DNA of 64,000 nt, filler included, from Stramenopiles sp. TOSAG23-3 (Eukaryota), in the NCBI GenBank assembly GCA_900128585.1. It is 9 parts of 9 records of this genome, joined end to end, with 100 filler letters (N's around TTAATTAATTAA, not from the genome) between each part and the next. Parts side by side here need not be neighbours in the genome. Positions count along the whole stretch, not along the records: positions 57,776 to 64,000 come from LT643357.1; 8 more parts are not named here. One strand, written 5' to 3'. Positions 62,649-64,000 of the stretch are shown here, piece by piece. The notes under the pieces were generated by a model. That model did not search any database and had not been told where the DNA came from. It was given only the letters and a program-made list of their open reading frames with translations. The position numbers and the translations under genes were made by a program. Every line of letters begins with the position of its first letter. Within the stretch, counting starts at the first letter, position 1.

Positions 62649-63302
62649 ATGAAACGGTTTTGTTTTGCATCGGCGACGGCGGCCTTCTTCATGGGTGGCC
62701 TTGGGGTAGTAGACGGGGACAGACATTTGATCACTGCCGTGCAGGAAGGCACAATTCATCATATCAAGCACCATGTGGAAAACTTGGACAAGGATGTCAA
62801 CCATGCGGATCAATGGAACCACCACGTCATCAAGCATGCGGCGCACCGCGGGGACACGGAGATTGCCCAATACCTTATCGAGAAAGGCGCAGATCCGCAC
62901 GTCAGAACGCAGGAGGGCCGAACGACGCTGCACGCCGCAGCCCACCAAGGACGCCATAAAATGGTCGAGTACCTTTTAACACATGGAGTCAACGTTGACA
63001 TGGTGGACGATACGTTCGGATACACGGCTCTGATGATGGCAATTACGGAATTGCACCATCGCCACATGGACAAGGACCACGAAAGCGTGATGAAGGTGTT
63101 GGTAGAAGCGGGCACAGATCTGATAAACATTCGCGGCAAGAAAAACGGGAAGAATGCCCTTGATATTATGGAAAAGAAAAGGCTGTTCCACCCAAAACTG
63201 CACAAGTGGTTGCACCAAAAAGCCGACGAACAGAAGAAACGAGAGGCGTTGGAGGAGCAGAAAGCCAAAGAAAACGGGGAAGATGACAAGGCGGAGTTGT
63301 AA
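62649..63302 (+). CDS. Ankyrin-repeat protein with a putative signal peptide and C-terminal KAEL
   Basis: MKRFCFASATAAFFMGGLGVVDG leader; GRTTLHAAA and GYTALMMAI repeats; ends DDKAEL*. Confidence 0.82.
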   Translation: MKRFCFASATAAFFMGGLGVVDGDRHLITAVQEGTIHHIKHHVENLDKDVNHADQWNHHVIKHAAHRGDTEIAQYLIEKGADPHVRTQEGRTTLHAAAHQGRHKMVEYLLTHGVNVDMVDDTFGYTALMMAITELHHRHMDKDHESVMKVLVEAGTDLINIRGKKNGKNALDIMEKKRLFHPKLHKWLHQKADEQKKREALEEQKAKENGEDDKAEL

Positions 63303-63404
63303 GAGTTGTTTGAATTTACCCTAAAAATTAAGAATCACATTTTTAGTAATTTATGATACAAGGCAGCACATCACAAAGGAGTTCTGCCCGTTTTATTTCT
63401 GCAT

Positions 63405-64000
63405 TTATCCCGGTTTTGCTTTGCATGTTCTGCACCTGGTACTATCTGGGAAATTGGAACGGTGGCACTCGGTGCATACCCACGGCAGTTTGTTGCCCCC
63501 CCCGCGCCGGACAGTCGTTCTACGCCTGTCTATGTCCACTACGTATGCTTTTGTTTTCTTCTCCTGGCGGTTTCTCTTCATCAATAGTAGATTTCTTCGC
63601 GGGTCGTTGGCATCGATGTTATCACTGGTCTTTTGCTTTACCACAGTGCCCGCAAACATCTTTCCGATGATACCCTTCTTCTGGTATTCTTTGACCTGCT
63701 CCTTCTCTGCTTTTCTCTTTGCCATCTTCCGGTCCTGCTTTAGTTGTTTTTTAATCTTTTCTTTCAGTTTCTTTTTGTCCTCTGCCCGATTCTCCTCCTC
63801 TGAAGCGCGGGATTTCGACGCCCGTTTGTTGTTGTTCTTCTTCTTTTTCCCGCTCAGAGTTTCGATTTTGTTTCTAACACTTTTCCCAGGAGGCCGGCGC
63901 CTGCCCACTGGTCGCGCTTTCGGCGGGTCGGGATCTATGTCCAGCTCGGGCGCATCCTGCTCCACTCCGTGAAAAACGTCCTGCTCCCCCCCCCCCCAAT
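63405..64000 (-). CDS. 3' part of a Lys-rich protein ending in a RanBP2-type zinc finger; 5' truncated
   Basis: Frame open to the window edge; WVCTECHRSNFPDSTRCRTC matches W-x-C-x2-C-x3-N-x6-C-x2-C. Confidence 0.75.
   Translation of the reverse strand, partial: WGGGEQDVFHGVEQDAPELDIDPDPPKARPVGRRRPPGKSVRNKIETLSGKKKKNNNKRASKSRASEEENRAEDKKKLKEKIKKQLKQDRKMAKRKAEKEQVKEYQKKGIIGKMFAGTVVKQKTSDNIDANDPRRNLLLMKRNRQEKKTKAYVVDIDRRRTTVRRGGGNKLPWVCTECHRSNFPDSTRCRTCKAKPG

Overview
Eukaryotic, gene-dense and essentially intronless sequence: GC-rich ORFs are separated by AT-rich, microsatellite-rich spacers. The source is probably a heterotrophic protist, possibly a stramenopile (inference). The window is not contiguous chromosome. 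Nine unrelated contigs, sorted by decreasing length (complete ones 7143 to 7100 bp), are joined by artificial 100-nt N44-TTAATTAATTAA-N44 linkers, so gene neighbourhood is only meaningful inside each block. Ordinary genes include a SET methyltransferase, a giant kinesin-1, a TFIIIC-subunit-2-like protein, twinfilin, an RBR-like ligase, DUF1295, a nitronate monooxygenase and ankyrin/WD40 proteins. The most notable items are: (1) a ~510-bp non-coding element present twice (13828-14337 + and 38882-39391 -), whose 426-bp core aligns without gaps at ~78% identity, with inverted E2F-like ends and a central dyad; (2) a mobile-element-like cassette of at least 6 tandem zinc-ribbon repeats fused to an SF2 helicase, followed by a Ulp1/OTU protease mosaic; (3) a histone-H1/FKBP fusion; (4) an INPP4-like pseudophosphatase with a DEP domain; (5) a protein with about 11 Myb-like HTHs and Tudor domains; (6) prokaryote-like genes (HA plus AP2-like ORF, P-loop kinase); (7) short repeats concentrated just 3' of genes.
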